DNA of 47,767 nt from Escherichia coli (GCA_024546615.1 GCA_024546615.1_5040.1), one strand, 5' to 3'; positions 36,475 to 45,262 are shown, counted from the stretch's first letter. Program-made: numbers and translations. Notes: generated by a model from the letters alone, not told the origin.

Positions 36475-37602
36475 TTATTTTCGGGAAAATACATTTTTAA
36501 TTGCACGTTCATCGACCTGTTCCAGTTTGACACCCGTGACAGGTGTTTCAGCGTACTGCTCCACTACGGACGGATCGATACCCTTTTTGACACACTGTGC
36601 GGGTGTGTCCAGTTCCTGCGGCTTACGCACATCAACACCCTGCAACTCCGCCATGAATATAACCTGGTCCACCGGAACATCTTTCTTCCAGCGCTTGCGA
36701 CCATACGTGGTTTTAGCGCTGTAGAATGTCACGTGTTGCCCCTGTTTAATCTCGTGTAGGGCTTGTTCTTCCAGACCGCTGAGACGCATTTTAATCATCT
36801 CCTGTGCACGCTGCAGAAGTCGCAGTTCGACACCCAACGCATGACCGGACAAGTTGTGCGTCTGCAGCGATGTCACGTAATCGATACCGGCGTAACTCTG
36901 TTGCTTCAGTGTGTCACAGTGCGCACGTGCGCTACAGTCGAGACAGTGTGGTCCGGGTGTACACAGTGGGGCGGCGTCCAGTACGCGGGGCATCGTCTCG
37001 TTCACCTGCTGTCGGTATGCGCACAGTTCATCGTATGTGAGCGCCCATTTGCGCACTGTACCCTCACTGGTGAATCCGCGAGGCTGCACGATGACCAGTT
37101 CGATAATGTCCGGCGGTGTCTGGAATTGCTCGCAAATGCTGAATGCTTCAATTAACAGCTGCCAGTTTTCAAACGGGTCAACAATGCGGTGACCGAATTT
37201 AGCGTCCCAGACGCGTAACACCTTCGCTTCCGGTACATATACCCACGCATCGGGGATACAGTACCAGTCGCTGTAACCTGGTACAGGACACACTTCCTCA
37301 ACGTGAAGGTCATGTAGTCGCTCATGACTGTTACAGTAACCCCATACCTCGTTAAAATACTCGCGGGCTGCGTCAAACAGTTCGTCCGTGATAACAATGC
37401 CATCCTTTGACAGACTACCTACCAGGTCACTGAATGGCTCATTTTTGAATAACTTCTGAGCCACTTCGTGTGCTGCCCGGCCCTCAAGCCGGGATTGTGA
37501 CGGTTCGACGTCCAGTGGTGGATAAGCCTGCTGCGCCCGGAATGACCCATTACAGGTCATCCATTGTCCGGCATCAGATACTTTGGGTAGTTGTGTGGTC
37601 AT
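36475..37602 (-). CDS. Cas4/RecB-family PD-(D/E)XK nuclease (DUF2800-like) with Cys4 cluster
   Basis: N-terminal Cys (MTCNG) plus C-terminal C-x2-C-x5-C (CLDCSARAHC); VWDAKFG resembling motif III. Confidence 0.6.
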   Translation of the reverse strand: MTTQLPKVSDAGQWMTCNGSFRAQQAYPPLDVEPSQSRLEGRAAHEVAQKLFKNEPFSDLVGSLSKDGIVITDELFDAAREYFNEVWGYCNSHERLHDLHVEEVCPVPGYSDWYCIPDAWVYVPEAKVLRVWDAKFGHRIVDPFENWQLLIEAFSICEQFQTPPDIIELVIVQPRGFTSEGTVRKWALTYDELCAYRQQVNETMPRVLDAAPLCTPGPHCLDCSARAHCDTLKQQSYAGIDYVTSLQTHNLSGHALGVELRLLQRAQEMIKMRLSGLEEQALHEIKQGQHVTFYSAKTTYGRKRWKKDVPVDQVIFMAELQGVDVRKPQELDTPAQCVKKGIDPSVVEQYAETPVTGVKLEQVDERAIKNVFSRK

Positions 37603-37781
37603 TTCAACACCTTTGATTTCACGGTGTATTCATATTTTCTGTTATTACTCTTATTCTTTTCAGAAGCGATATTGACAGCCTCTTTCTTATCAACATAAAC
37701 ATCAACCACTTCTGGTTCGAATTTACGTCCAAACGGTGATTGATATTCTTTCATTAAAATATAAACTTTAGCCCCTTGCAT
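37599..37781 (-). CDS. Hypothetical protein (60 aa)
   Basis: RBS GGGGGAGTGAGA; ATGA overlap with downstream gene. Confidence 0.45.
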   Translation of the reverse strand: MQGAKVYILMKEYQSPFGRKFEPEVVDVYVDKKEAVNIASEKNKSNNRKYEYTVKSKVLK

Positions 37782-37784
37782 CTC

Positions 37785-38834
37785 TCACTCCCCCAAATGC
37801 GCTTTAACACGTGCCACGAACGGACCGATTTTATCCGGGTGGGCGTTCAGTTCCTGTACCGACGACATGCCATCCTGCGCCAGTAGCATATTCACCGTTA
37901 CCACATCAATCTTGCCGTGACGCTCGGTCAGGAAGGTCATGAGGCGCGGGAAGTCCCATATGGTGTGGTCTACCATACGCTCTAACGCTGGAGAGACAGT
38001 GCCCGACGGTGGGAAAGGAACGCCGTCATCGAATTGCGGCACAGGTGGTGCAACAACTACCGGCGGCGGTACAGGCAGTGGCGGAATACCCGCAACGGTT
38101 TGCTCGGTTACCACACCTGCGTCAGTGTGGAAGTCGTCACCCGGAGGTGTTACAGCTGGTTCGACGTCGTCGCTTTCCCCAACACCAACACCACCGTTGC
38201 CGCCAGAGCCGGGTCGGCGGTCTGTATCCCAGGATTCATCGCCCGGCGGTGTTACGGGTGGTTCTAGCATCTTGTTAGAAGCTTCGATGAGTTCGTCGAC
38301 TTCTTCTCGTGTGGGTTCACCAATTTCCACGGGTTCCAGGGCTTTAACTTCTTCATCAGTCATTACTGGTGTTTGAGTATGCGACTCAGCTTTCACCGAC
38401 TCAACAAATGCTGCCCACTCTTCTTCATCCATATCCTTCGGCTTACGACGCAAACGCCACGTACCGTCCACATTGAGCGCTTTGCTGGTAGAGTGGATAC
38501 GCTCATCCCACGGTGTACCGGTTGAGTCGGTAGTGGGTGGGTCGATATCCGGTTTAACTGGTACGCACAATTCAACCATTTCGCGAGTTACTTCAATACT
38601 TCTCCCGTCACGGGGAGCCAGTGACTCAACCTGTTGAGCGGTCGTGTCGATTTCCGGCTCATCCATCATTTGTGGCGCGGGTTGTTGCAGTGCTTCAGTG
38701 CCGATAACCAGTGGGGTTACGGTCACATCGACCGGGTAACCATCTTTTTTGCTGGCAATTTCGATAAGCGCTTTACCGAATTGAAACAATGCGATGGTAT
38801 CATCGTTCGGGATGGTCAGTGTGATGTTACTCAT
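37785..38834 (-). CDS. Acidic, proline-rich hypothetical protein (349 aa)
   Basis: First gene of leftward replication block; low-complexity Pro/Glu/Asp-rich regions; shares GTPWDERIH motif with 32355-32948. Confidence 0.5.
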   Translation of the reverse strand: MSNITLTIPNDDTIALFQFGKALIEIASKKDGYPVDVTVTPLVIGTEALQQPAPQMMDEPEIDTTAQQVESLAPRDGRSIEVTREMVELCVPVKPDIDPPTTDSTGTPWDERIHSTSKALNVDGTWRLRRKPKDMDEEEWAAFVESVKAESHTQTPVMTDEEVKALEPVEIGEPTREEVDELIEASNKMLEPPVTPPGDESWDTDRRPGSGGNGGVGVGESDDVEPAVTPPGDDFHTDAGVVTEQTVAGIPPLPVPPPVVVAPPVPQFDDGVPFPPSGTVSPALERMVDHTIWDFPRLMTFLTERHGKIDVVTVNMLLAQDGMSSVQELNAHPDKIGPFVARVKAHLGE

Positions 38835-38868
38835 GTCTCTCTGTTCTCCGTTGTTGTCGATGTGGTGA

Positions 38869-38897
38869 ACTCTATATCACCATGACGCAGCCGTCAA
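38869..38897 (-). promoter_or_regulatory. Sigma70-like promoter TTGACG-17-TAGAGT overlapping palindrome ATGACGCAGCCGTCAA (38882-38897)
   Basis: Spacing read directly. Confidence 0.5.
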
Positions 38898-38911
38898 TAC
38901 TAATTTTAAAT

Positions 38912-38954
38912 TTGACACGGGGTGGGTGGTGCGACATAATGACGCCATCGTCAA
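38912..38954 (+). promoter_or_regulatory. Sigma70-like promoter TTGACA-17-CATAAT with palindrome ATGACGCCATCGTCAA (38939-38954) overlapping -10/+1
   Basis: Near-consensus hexamers; palindrome in operator-like position. Confidence 0.55.
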
Positions 38955-38974
38955 TATTTGAGAAGGAGTGAGAG

Positions 38975-39151
38975 ATGAGCCAAATTAAACGCAAAGTAAC
39001 ACATCGTGTTTGCCCTTTATGTGGGTATGTAATGACTCAACTGGAAATAGACAGACTTCGTTTTCCGGTTGAGTGCCCCAGATGTGGCGAACACAACACA
39101 AACGAGTTTCAACCTCTCAAATGGGAGTCCGACAACAGTGACACAAATTAA
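38975..39151 (+). CDS. Small zinc-ribbon protein (58 aa, C-x2-C ... C-x2-C)
   Basis: RBS GAAGGAG; VCPLCG and ECPRCG pairs; below track cutoff. Confidence 0.45.
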   Translation: MSQIKRKVTHRVCPLCGYVMTQLEIDRLRFPVECPRCGEHNTNEFQPLKWESDNSDTN

Positions 39152-39298
39152 ACAACTGCTCCGGCCTTCTTACGGCTGGTACAACTCGGTCAGTAAGAAG
39201 GACAAATGGTTCCTCGACGATGTGCAGATACCGATGTATGTGGCACGTAAACTAATCAGAAAAGCACGTATGGTTGAATCGAACAGCGTGCGCAAAGT

Positions 39299-40957
39299 GT
39301 GGGAGATGTGATGCAACTGCGCCCATATCAGTCCAGTCTTGTGACTGGGATCAATAATTATTGGTCAACAAACCCACGGGGTAAAGTGCTGGCGGTGCTT
39401 GCGACAGGTGGTGGGAAGACTGTTATTTTCTCATCTATTATCGCTGCCGAACAAGGTGCGACATGTGCCATTGCACACCGCCAGGAACTCGTCAGTCAGA
39501 TGAGTCTCACGCTTGCCAAAAACGGTATCTATCACCGCATTGTCGGTTCGAATAAAACCGTGAAAAACTGTGTGAAGATTCACATGGATGAATTAGGTAA
39601 GACATTTTACGACGCTGGAAGTAAACACGCGGTCGCCAGTGTGGACACAATCATCCGGCGTGGCGAGCAACTTGCCAACTGGTTACCGTCTGTTCGTCTG
39701 TGGGTTATCGATGAGGCACACCATGTACTTAAAGATAACAAATGGGGCAAAGCCGTGCAGATGTTCCCCAATGCTCGCGGGCTGGGGGTTACAGCTACAC
39801 CGTGTCGTGCGGATGGTAACGGTCTGGGAAGTCATGCAGATGGCGTGTTTGATACTATGTTCGAAGGCGTGGCAATGGGGGAACTCATACGAGATGGGTA
39901 TCTGACCGATTACAAAATTTTCGCACCTCCCAGTAGTTTCTCACGTGAACAAATTAAGGTGAGCGAGTCCACGGGGGATTTCAACCTGAACCAGATGAGG
40001 GAGGTCGTTAACGGCTCATCACTGGTGACACACGATGAGAAAACCATCACCGGTGATGTTGTTGCTCAATATCTGAAAATTGCCCGTGGTAAATCCGGCG
40101 TGACATTCACTGTCGACGTGGCGAGCGCTGAGGAAATCGCGGAACAGTATAATAAAGCAGGTGTCCCGGCAGCGGCAATAAGCTGTAACACTCCTGACCT
40201 TGAACGATTCGCAGCGGTGCGAAAATTTAAAAATAAAGAGATATTACAATTAGTTAACTCCGAGATTCTGACCGAGGGCTTCGATTGTCCCGGCATTGAG
40301 GTTGTTTCATTCGGTCGTCCAACCGAATCGTACAGTATGTATAGTCAAATGTTTGGCCGCGCCCTCAGACCATTACCAGGTAAAACCCACGCAATTATTA
40401 TTGACCATGTGGGTAACGTCATGCGCCACGGTTTACCGGATGCACCGCGTGAGTGGAGTCTTGACCGTCGGGAGCGTCGCACGGGTAAAAGTGAACCATC
40501 TACGGTGCGTGTGTGTACAGCTTGCGCGGCAGTGTATGAGCGGTTCCGTGACGCGTGTCCTGACTGTGGCGAACCTGTGCCAAAACCGGCGCAACGTAGT
40601 GGTCCCGAATTCGTAGACGGTGACCTGTACGAGCTTGACCCGGACGTACTGGCGCAGATGCGTAACGAGGTTGTGGGAGCACGTGAGACACCCGAGGCAA
40701 TGCGTGACAGACTGACTGGTCGCTACATGCCACAAGCTGGTGTCATAAGTGAGGTACGAAAACAAATAAAACGTCTTGACGCGCTCGTCAAACTGGACCA
40801 TACTCTTGCTCAGTGGGCCGGTTATCGCCGTGCGGAAGGTCTGAGCGACAGCGAAATATTTCGTAAATTTTACCTGACGTATGGTGTGTCATGGCTGGAG
40901 GCGCAGGCGCTCAAAGCGGCTGATGCGGATAAATTACGGGAGAGGATTGGATTGTGA
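39299..40957 (+). CDS. SF2 DEAD/DEAH-box helicase
   Basis: Walker A LATGGGKT, motif II VIDEAHH; RBS GGGAGA. Confidence 0.75.
   Translation: MGDVMQLRPYQSSLVTGINNYWSTNPRGKVLAVLATGGGKTVIFSSIIAAEQGATCAIAHRQELVSQMSLTLAKNGIYHRIVGSNKTVKNCVKIHMDELGKTFYDAGSKHAVASVDTIIRRGEQLANWLPSVRLWVIDEAHHVLKDNKWGKAVQMFPNARGLGVTATPCRADGNGLGSHADGVFDTMFEGVAMGELIRDGYLTDYKIFAPPSSFSREQIKVSESTGDFNLNQMREVVNGSSLVTHDEKTITGDVVAQYLKIARGKSGVTFTVDVASAEEIAEQYNKAGVPAAAISCNTPDLERFAAVRKFKNKEILQLVNSEILTEGFDCPGIEVVSFGRPTESYSMYSQMFGRALRPLPGKTHAIIIDHVGNVMRHGLPDAPREWSLDRRERRTGKSEPSTVRVCTACAAVYERFRDACPDCGEPVPKPAQRSGPEFVDGDLYELDPDVLAQMRNEVVGARETPEAMRDRLTGRYMPQAGVISEVRKQIKRLDALVKLDHTLAQWAGYRRAEGLSDSEIFRKFYLTYGVSWLEAQALKAADADKLRERIGL
40776..40804 (+). 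promoter_or_regulatory. Internal promoter TTGACG-17-CATACT with palindrome TTGACGCGCTCGTCAA inside helicase 3' coding region
   Basis: Spacing read directly. Confidence 0.4.
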
Positions 40958-41157
40958 GTGAGTGGATTAAGTGTAGTGAGCAGATGCCTGAACCTGGTGT
41001 TCCGGTGTTAGTAGTCAGTATGATTGGTAACGCCGTTCAAAACAATGTGTACGAATGGGACGGTCGAACATGGAGCGATTTTCGAAACGATTATGGCGAA
41101 TATGAACCAGAAGTATTTACACACTGGATGTCAATGCCGGAGGCTCCGCGTCTATGA
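40954..41157 (+). CDS. DUF551-like protein
   Basis: MSEWIKCSEQMPEPG... paralogous to 7469-7669. Confidence 0.55.
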   Translation: MSEWIKCSEQMPEPGVPVLVVSMIGNAVQNNVYEWDGRTWSDFRNDYGEYEPEVFTHWMSMPEAPRL

Positions 41158-41627
41158 CACCAACACTTCTCGAATGGCAACGTAAACACGGTATCACGGC
41201 TGAGGCGCTGGCTGACCTTGTGACAATGGTGGGACTGGATGTCCCACGCTCAAGCAAAGGTACGCCTGAAGCGCGTGTACAGGATGAGGCGCGACTACTG
41301 GCAAGCAAAATGGGCTGGCGACTTTTTCGCAATAATGTGGGTGTTCTGAAAGATGAGCGGGGTGTACCGGTACGCTACGGCATCTGCAACGACTCCCCGG
41401 CGATGAACAAGCGTATCAAGTCGAGCGACCTCATCGGTATCCGCCCCGTGGTTATCACGCCCGATATGGTCGGGTCAACCATTGGACAGTTTGTGGCGCG
41501 TGAGGTAAAGAAAGCCGGGTGGAAGTATAAAGGTACGGAACACGAACAGGCACAGCTTGCATTTGGGACACTTATTATCGGGCTGGGCGGTGATTTTAAA
41601 TTTTGGTCAGGGGAGGGGGAGTTGTAA
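41154..41627 (+). CDS. VRR-NUC domain nuclease
   Basis: WRLFRNNVG...SDLIGIRP...REVKKAG pattern; typical neighbour of phage helicase/primase. Confidence 0.55.
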   Translation: MTPTLLEWQRKHGITAEALADLVTMVGLDVPRSSKGTPEARVQDEARLLASKMGWRLFRNNVGVLKDERGVPVRYGICNDSPAMNKRIKSSDLIGIRPVVITPDMVGSTIGQFVAREVKKAGWKYKGTEHEQAQLAFGTLIIGLGGDFKFWSGEGEL

Positions 41628-41631
41628 GGGA

Positions 41632-41660
41632 TTGACCACTCCGTCAACCTGTGCCATACT
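41632..41660 (+). promoter_or_regulatory. Sigma70-like promoter TTGACC-17-CATACT overlapping palindrome TTGACCACTCCGTCAA (41632-41647)
   Basis: Spacing read directly. Confidence 0.5.
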
Positions 41661-41689
41661 GCAACAAATCACCTAATGGAACCGAATTT

Positions 41690-41968
41690 ATGAGCAAAGA
41701 ATACATTTTAGAAGTAGCTTACACAATGGCGCAGCGCGACGGCTTTGGCACTCTTACCCGCGACGGCGTTGCGGCTGAGGCTGGCGTGGCGATGGGTTCA
41801 GTTAACCATCACTGGGTCAGGATGTCCGCACTTCGTGAAGCAGTGATGCAACGGGCAGTGGAAGAAGAAAACCTCGAATTGATTGGACAGGGAATGGCGC
41901 TGGGTGATAGCGTTGCCAAATCCGCACCACTGGAGCTACGCACCCGCGCACTGACCACCCTGCTTTAA
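41690..41968 (+). CDS. Small HTH protein, TetR-like N-terminal fold (candidate transcriptional regulator)
   Basis: TLTRDGVAAEAGVAMGSVNHHW resembles TetR-family HTH; track ORF trimmed to MSKEY start. Confidence 0.45.
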   Translation: MSKEYILEVAYTMAQRDGFGTLTRDGVAAEAGVAMGSVNHHWVRMSALREAVMQRAVEEENLELIGQGMALGDSVAKSAPLELRTRALTTLL

Positions 41969-41990
41969 TAACTAAAACAGAGAGACAGAG

Positions 41991-44348
41991 ATGACACATA
42001 TGAATCCCCCTGTGCAGGGGGCTGATTCCCTGCACTTTATCGTCTGCAAAACAGTACCTTCACAGAAGAAGCCGGGACGTACGGAGAAGATGCCATGTAA
42101 CGCTGCCGGTGATGTGGTCAGTCTGCACGTTGCGGACCGGATGTCTCACGCTCAGGCAGTTGCGGCGGCTTCCGCACTGGGTGAGTCATATCGTCCCGCG
42201 GTTATTCTTACGGGTGACGGACGTTTCTGCGTGGATATCGACGGCGCACTGCAGGACGACAACACCTGGTCGCCGCTTGCGCTGGAGTTATGCACCACTT
42301 TTGCCGGTTGTTACGTGGAAGTGAGCAACAGCGGTAAAGGCTTGCACATTTTTGGTTACAGCCCGTCCATCCCCGAACATGCCTGTAAAAATATTCCACT
42401 ACACATTGAACTGTACACCTCTGACCGTTTTATCTGCCTGGGGAGCAACGCACGAGGTGACATGATGTTCAACGCATCTGCGCCGCTCAACGCCACGGTT
42501 GCACGTTATTTCCCGCAGACCGAACAAGTTGCGGCGGTGGAGTGGACAACGACTCACGCTGAAGGTTCGTGTCCGATTGAGGATGATGTGAAACTCATCG
42601 AAAAAGCCTGTTCCAGTAAAGGCGGTGTCGCGGCTGTTTTCGGTGGTAAAGCAACATTCAAAGACCTGTGGACGCGCAACGTTGAGGTACTGAGTGATGC
42701 GTATCCGGATGAGGACCGTGAATATGACGGGTCAAGCGCTGATGCAGCATTAGCCCAGCATCTGGCGTTCTGGTGCGGCGGTAACTGTCAACGTATTGAG
42801 CGTCTGATGCGTCTCAGTGCCCTTGTCAGACCAAAATGGGACAGCCATAAGAGTTACCTTCAACGCACCATCCTGGGCGCTTGCGCACGTCAGACGACTT
42901 ATTACAGCGTCGGTGCACCAATTGAACTGGTAACTCCCGCGCAGGTTGTCGAGACGGGTGCGCCGGTTATCCGCAGTGGGTATCAGTTCATTGGAGGCTC
43001 ACAGCTTGTTGACCACTTCAAAGGCTGCGTGTATGTGGCAGACAGTCACCGCATTCTCACACCTAACGGTCAGATGCTGAAGTCCGAGCAGTTTAACGCG
43101 ATGTACGGTGGTTATGTGTTTGCACTGGATGACGGTAACGAAAAGACCACCAAAAAGGCTTTTGAAGCGTTCACCGAGAATCAGTGCATCATGTTCCCGA
43201 AGGTTGATCGCTCGACATTTCGTCCGGATTTGCCACAGGGTGCAATCATTGAGGAGGATGGTCTGCGTCACGTCAATACGTACATACCGGTGACGGTGGC
43301 GAGCGCCCCCGGCGATGTGACACCTTTCCTCACTCATCTGGCCAAACTGTTACCCGTCGAGCGCGACCGTGACATTCTGTTGTCCTACATGGCAGCGTGT
43401 GTACAGTACAAGGGTGTAAAATTTAAATGGGCACCATTGTTACAGGGTGTTGAAGGTAACGGTAAAACACTGTTCACACTGTGCGTAATGGAAGCGGTCG
43501 GGTCACGTTACAGCCACATGCCGCCAGCGCAGGAAATTGGTGAGAAGTTCAACGCCTGGTTGTTCGATAAAATATTTATCGGCGTGGAGGATATTTATGT
43601 CCCGGAGCAAAAACTCGAACTGATTGAGACGCTCAAGCCGATGATTACCGGCGAGTACCTCGCCAAGCGTGCGATGCAACAGGACCAGGTAATGCACCGC
43701 CTGTGTGCTAACTTCATGTTTAACAGTAACCACAAGAACGCCGTGCGCAAGACCGCTAATGACCGCCGGTTCGCCATTTTCTACACCGCGCAGCAGGAGC
43801 ATATGGACATTGTGCGCGATGGTATGGGTGGCGACTACTTCCCCAACCTGTATGACTGGCTCAAACGTGGCGGTGGATTTGCAGCCGTAACGCATTATCT
43901 GGAGAACTACGCCATTCCCACACAACTTAACCCGGCGACACATTGTCAGCGTGCCCCGGAAACAAGTAGTACCCACGAGGCTGTGACAGCATCACTCGGC
44001 AGTGTCGAGCAGGAAATTATGGAAGCAATCGACGAGGGTCGCACGGGCTTCGCGGGGGGCTGGGTGAGTAGTAAAGCACTGGATAATCTGTTACGCCAGA
44101 TGCGCGCTGACCGCGCTGTGCCGGTGGGTAAACGTCGCGACATGATGCGCCAACTGGGTTACGACTGGCACCCGGCGCTTAAAGACGGGCGTGTGAATAA
44201 CGTAATAATGATTGATGGTGGTAAACCGCGTCTCTACATCAAGATTGGACATATTCATGCTAACCTCACAAATGCGGCGGACGTGGCGCGCCATTACGCA
44301 GCAGCACAGGGTGATACAAGTGCGTTAGCCTTTGCAGAAACTAAATAA
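41991..44348 (+). CDS. Primase-helicase (P4 alpha/D5-like, SF3 helicase C-domain)
   Basis: 785 aa; Walker A GVEGNGKT, Walker B FIGVEDIYV; N-terminal primase-like domain; RBS AGAGAGACAGAG. Confidence 0.7.
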   Translation: MTHMNPPVQGADSLHFIVCKTVPSQKKPGRTEKMPCNAAGDVVSLHVADRMSHAQAVAAASALGESYRPAVILTGDGRFCVDIDGALQDDNTWSPLALELCTTFAGCYVEVSNSGKGLHIFGYSPSIPEHACKNIPLHIELYTSDRFICLGSNARGDMMFNASAPLNATVARYFPQTEQVAAVEWTTTHAEGSCPIEDDVKLIEKACSSKGGVAAVFGGKATFKDLWTRNVEVLSDAYPDEDREYDGSSADAALAQHLAFWCGGNCQRIERLMRLSALVRPKWDSHKSYLQRTILGACARQTTYYSVGAPIELVTPAQVVETGAPVIRSGYQFIGGSQLVDHFKGCVYVADSHRILTPNGQMLKSEQFNAMYGGYVFALDDGNEKTTKKAFEAFTENQCIMFPKVDRSTFRPDLPQGAIIEEDGLRHVNTYIPVTVASAPGDVTPFLTHLAKLLPVERDRDILLSYMAACVQYKGVKFKWAPLLQGVEGNGKTLFTLCVMEAVGSRYSHMPPAQEIGEKFNAWLFDKIFIGVEDIYVPEQKLELIETLKPMITGEYLAKRAMQQDQVMHRLCANFMFNSNHKNAVRKTANDRRFAIFYTAQQEHMDIVRDGMGGDYFPNLYDWLKRGGGFAAVTHYLENYAIPTQLNPATHCQRAPETSSTHEAVTASLGSVEQEIMEAIDEGRTGFAGGWVSSKALDNLLRQMRADRAVPVGKRRDMMRQLGYDWHPALKDGRVNNVIMIDGGKPRLYIKIGHIHANLTNAADVARHYAAAQGDTSALAFAETK

Positions 44349-44370
44349 GCCCTTCGGGGCTTTTTTTTTT
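44347..44370 (+). terminator. Intrinsic terminator GCCC-TTCG-GGGC plus T10
   Basis: Read directly. Confidence 0.75.
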
Positions 44371-44380
44371 GCAATTAGTA

Positions 44381-44409
44381 TTGACGGACTCGTCAATAGG
44401 GCGTATATT
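44381..44409 (+). promoter_or_regulatory. Near-consensus sigma70 promoter TTGACG-17-TATATT with palindrome TTGACGGACTCGTCAA (44381-44396)
   Basis: Read directly; preceded by conserved GCAATTAGT. Confidence 0.65.
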
Positions 44410-44458
44410 TAATCACATGAAAGGCGGAACTGTTCCACCCCACGGGGAGAATAAGAAA

Positions 44459-44584
44459 ATGAATTATCAACCACTCAAAAATAAATGTCGTGCTGCGGTC
44501 ATTCGAAAAGCATGGCGTGACGCACCAGAAGGAAAAGCCAAAGTGGCAATGCTTACTTGGGCGGACAAGTTGTGGAATAGTTGA
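44459..44584 (+). CDS. Small basic protein (41 aa)
   Basis: RBS GGGGAGA 8 nt before ATG; flanked by promoter and terminator. Confidence 0.35.
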   Translation: MNYQPLKNKCRAAVIRKAWRDAPEGKAKVAMLTWADKLWNS

Positions 44585-44590
44585 CAATGA

Positions 44591-44616
44591 CAGCCCCTGA
44601 ATGGGGCTTTTTTTTT
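44591..44616 (+). terminator. Intrinsic terminator AGCCCC-TGAAT-GGGGCT plus T9
   Basis: Read directly. Confidence 0.75.
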
Positions 44617-44626
44617 GCAATTAGTG

Positions 44627-44655
44627 TTGACGAGTCCGTCAAGGTAGGTTATCTT
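44627..44655 (+). promoter_or_regulatory. Sigma70-like promoter TTGACG-17-TATCTT with palindrome TTGACGAGTCCGTCAA (44627-44642)
   Basis: Read directly; same GCAATTAGT upstream context as 44381. Confidence 0.6.
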
Positions 44656-44689
44656 TAACTCATCGGAACAACAACAGAGAGGAATACAA

Positions 44690-44881
44690 ATGCGTAAGTT
44701 TCAAAAGAAGACGATAAAAGAATTTCAAATGTTTCTTGAAGAGATGGGACTTTCTATTTACGGCCCACACATGGTCGGAAATACACAATATCACGGGTGT
44801 ATGGATTACTCAGCGGAAGAAATCGTTAAACGTAGAAAGTTATTTGATAAAAACCAGATTGATATCTCAGAGGATTACTAA
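44690..44881 (+). CDS. Hypothetical protein (63 aa)
   Basis: RBS AGAGGAA. Confidence 0.45.
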   Translation: MRKFQKKTIKEFQMFLEEMGLSIYGPHMVGNTQYHGCMDYSAEEIVKRRKLFDKNQIDISEDY

Positions 44882-44885
44882 CCAA

Positions 44886-45059
44886 ATGAAAAACATTATC
44901 AGTCATCACAAACTATCTGACATGTTGGGTAATATGACCGAGGTTCAGGCACTGACCATGCTGTCACGTATGCGTACACAGGCTGACCGGGAAGGGCTAT
45001 GTGTCACTCGTCTCATTGTTGGAGGTAAGGTACGGGAGATGTGGATATGGAAACACTAA
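44886..45059 (+). CDS. Hypothetical protein (57 aa)
   Basis: First ATG of track ORF 44736-45059 after upstream stop; weak RBS. Confidence 0.3.
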   Translation: MKNIISHHKLSDMLGNMTEVQALTMLSRMRTQADREGLCVTRLIVGGKVREMWIWKH

Positions 45060-45262
45060 GTTACTGCCAGTTGATGGAGCGCTGTTTGGCAGCTGAGGCG
45101 CGGGTGGTGGAACTGGAGAAATATAAAGCTGCATTTATAACGTGGCAAGACAAAACAGAATGGGTGCAGAAGGATTCACGCTTTGATATTTTGTTACCCT
45201 GGGGCAAGCATCGAGCGGACGTACTGAAAGAGTACATTGAATTGCTGGAGCGTAAACCATGA
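45041..45262 (+). CDS. Hypothetical protein (73 aa)
   Basis: Overlapping start/stop arrangement in operon. Confidence 0.4.
   Translation: MDMETLSYCQLMERCLAAEARVVELEKYKAAFITWQDKTEWVQKDSRFDILLPWGKHRADVLKEYIELLERKP

Noticed and set aside
39069-39311. 80-aa ORF overlapping the zinc-ribbon gene and the helicase start
   Set aside because: Track start is TTG with no RBS; first ATG leaves only about 25 codons; overlaps a better-supported gene in another frame. Left unannotated.
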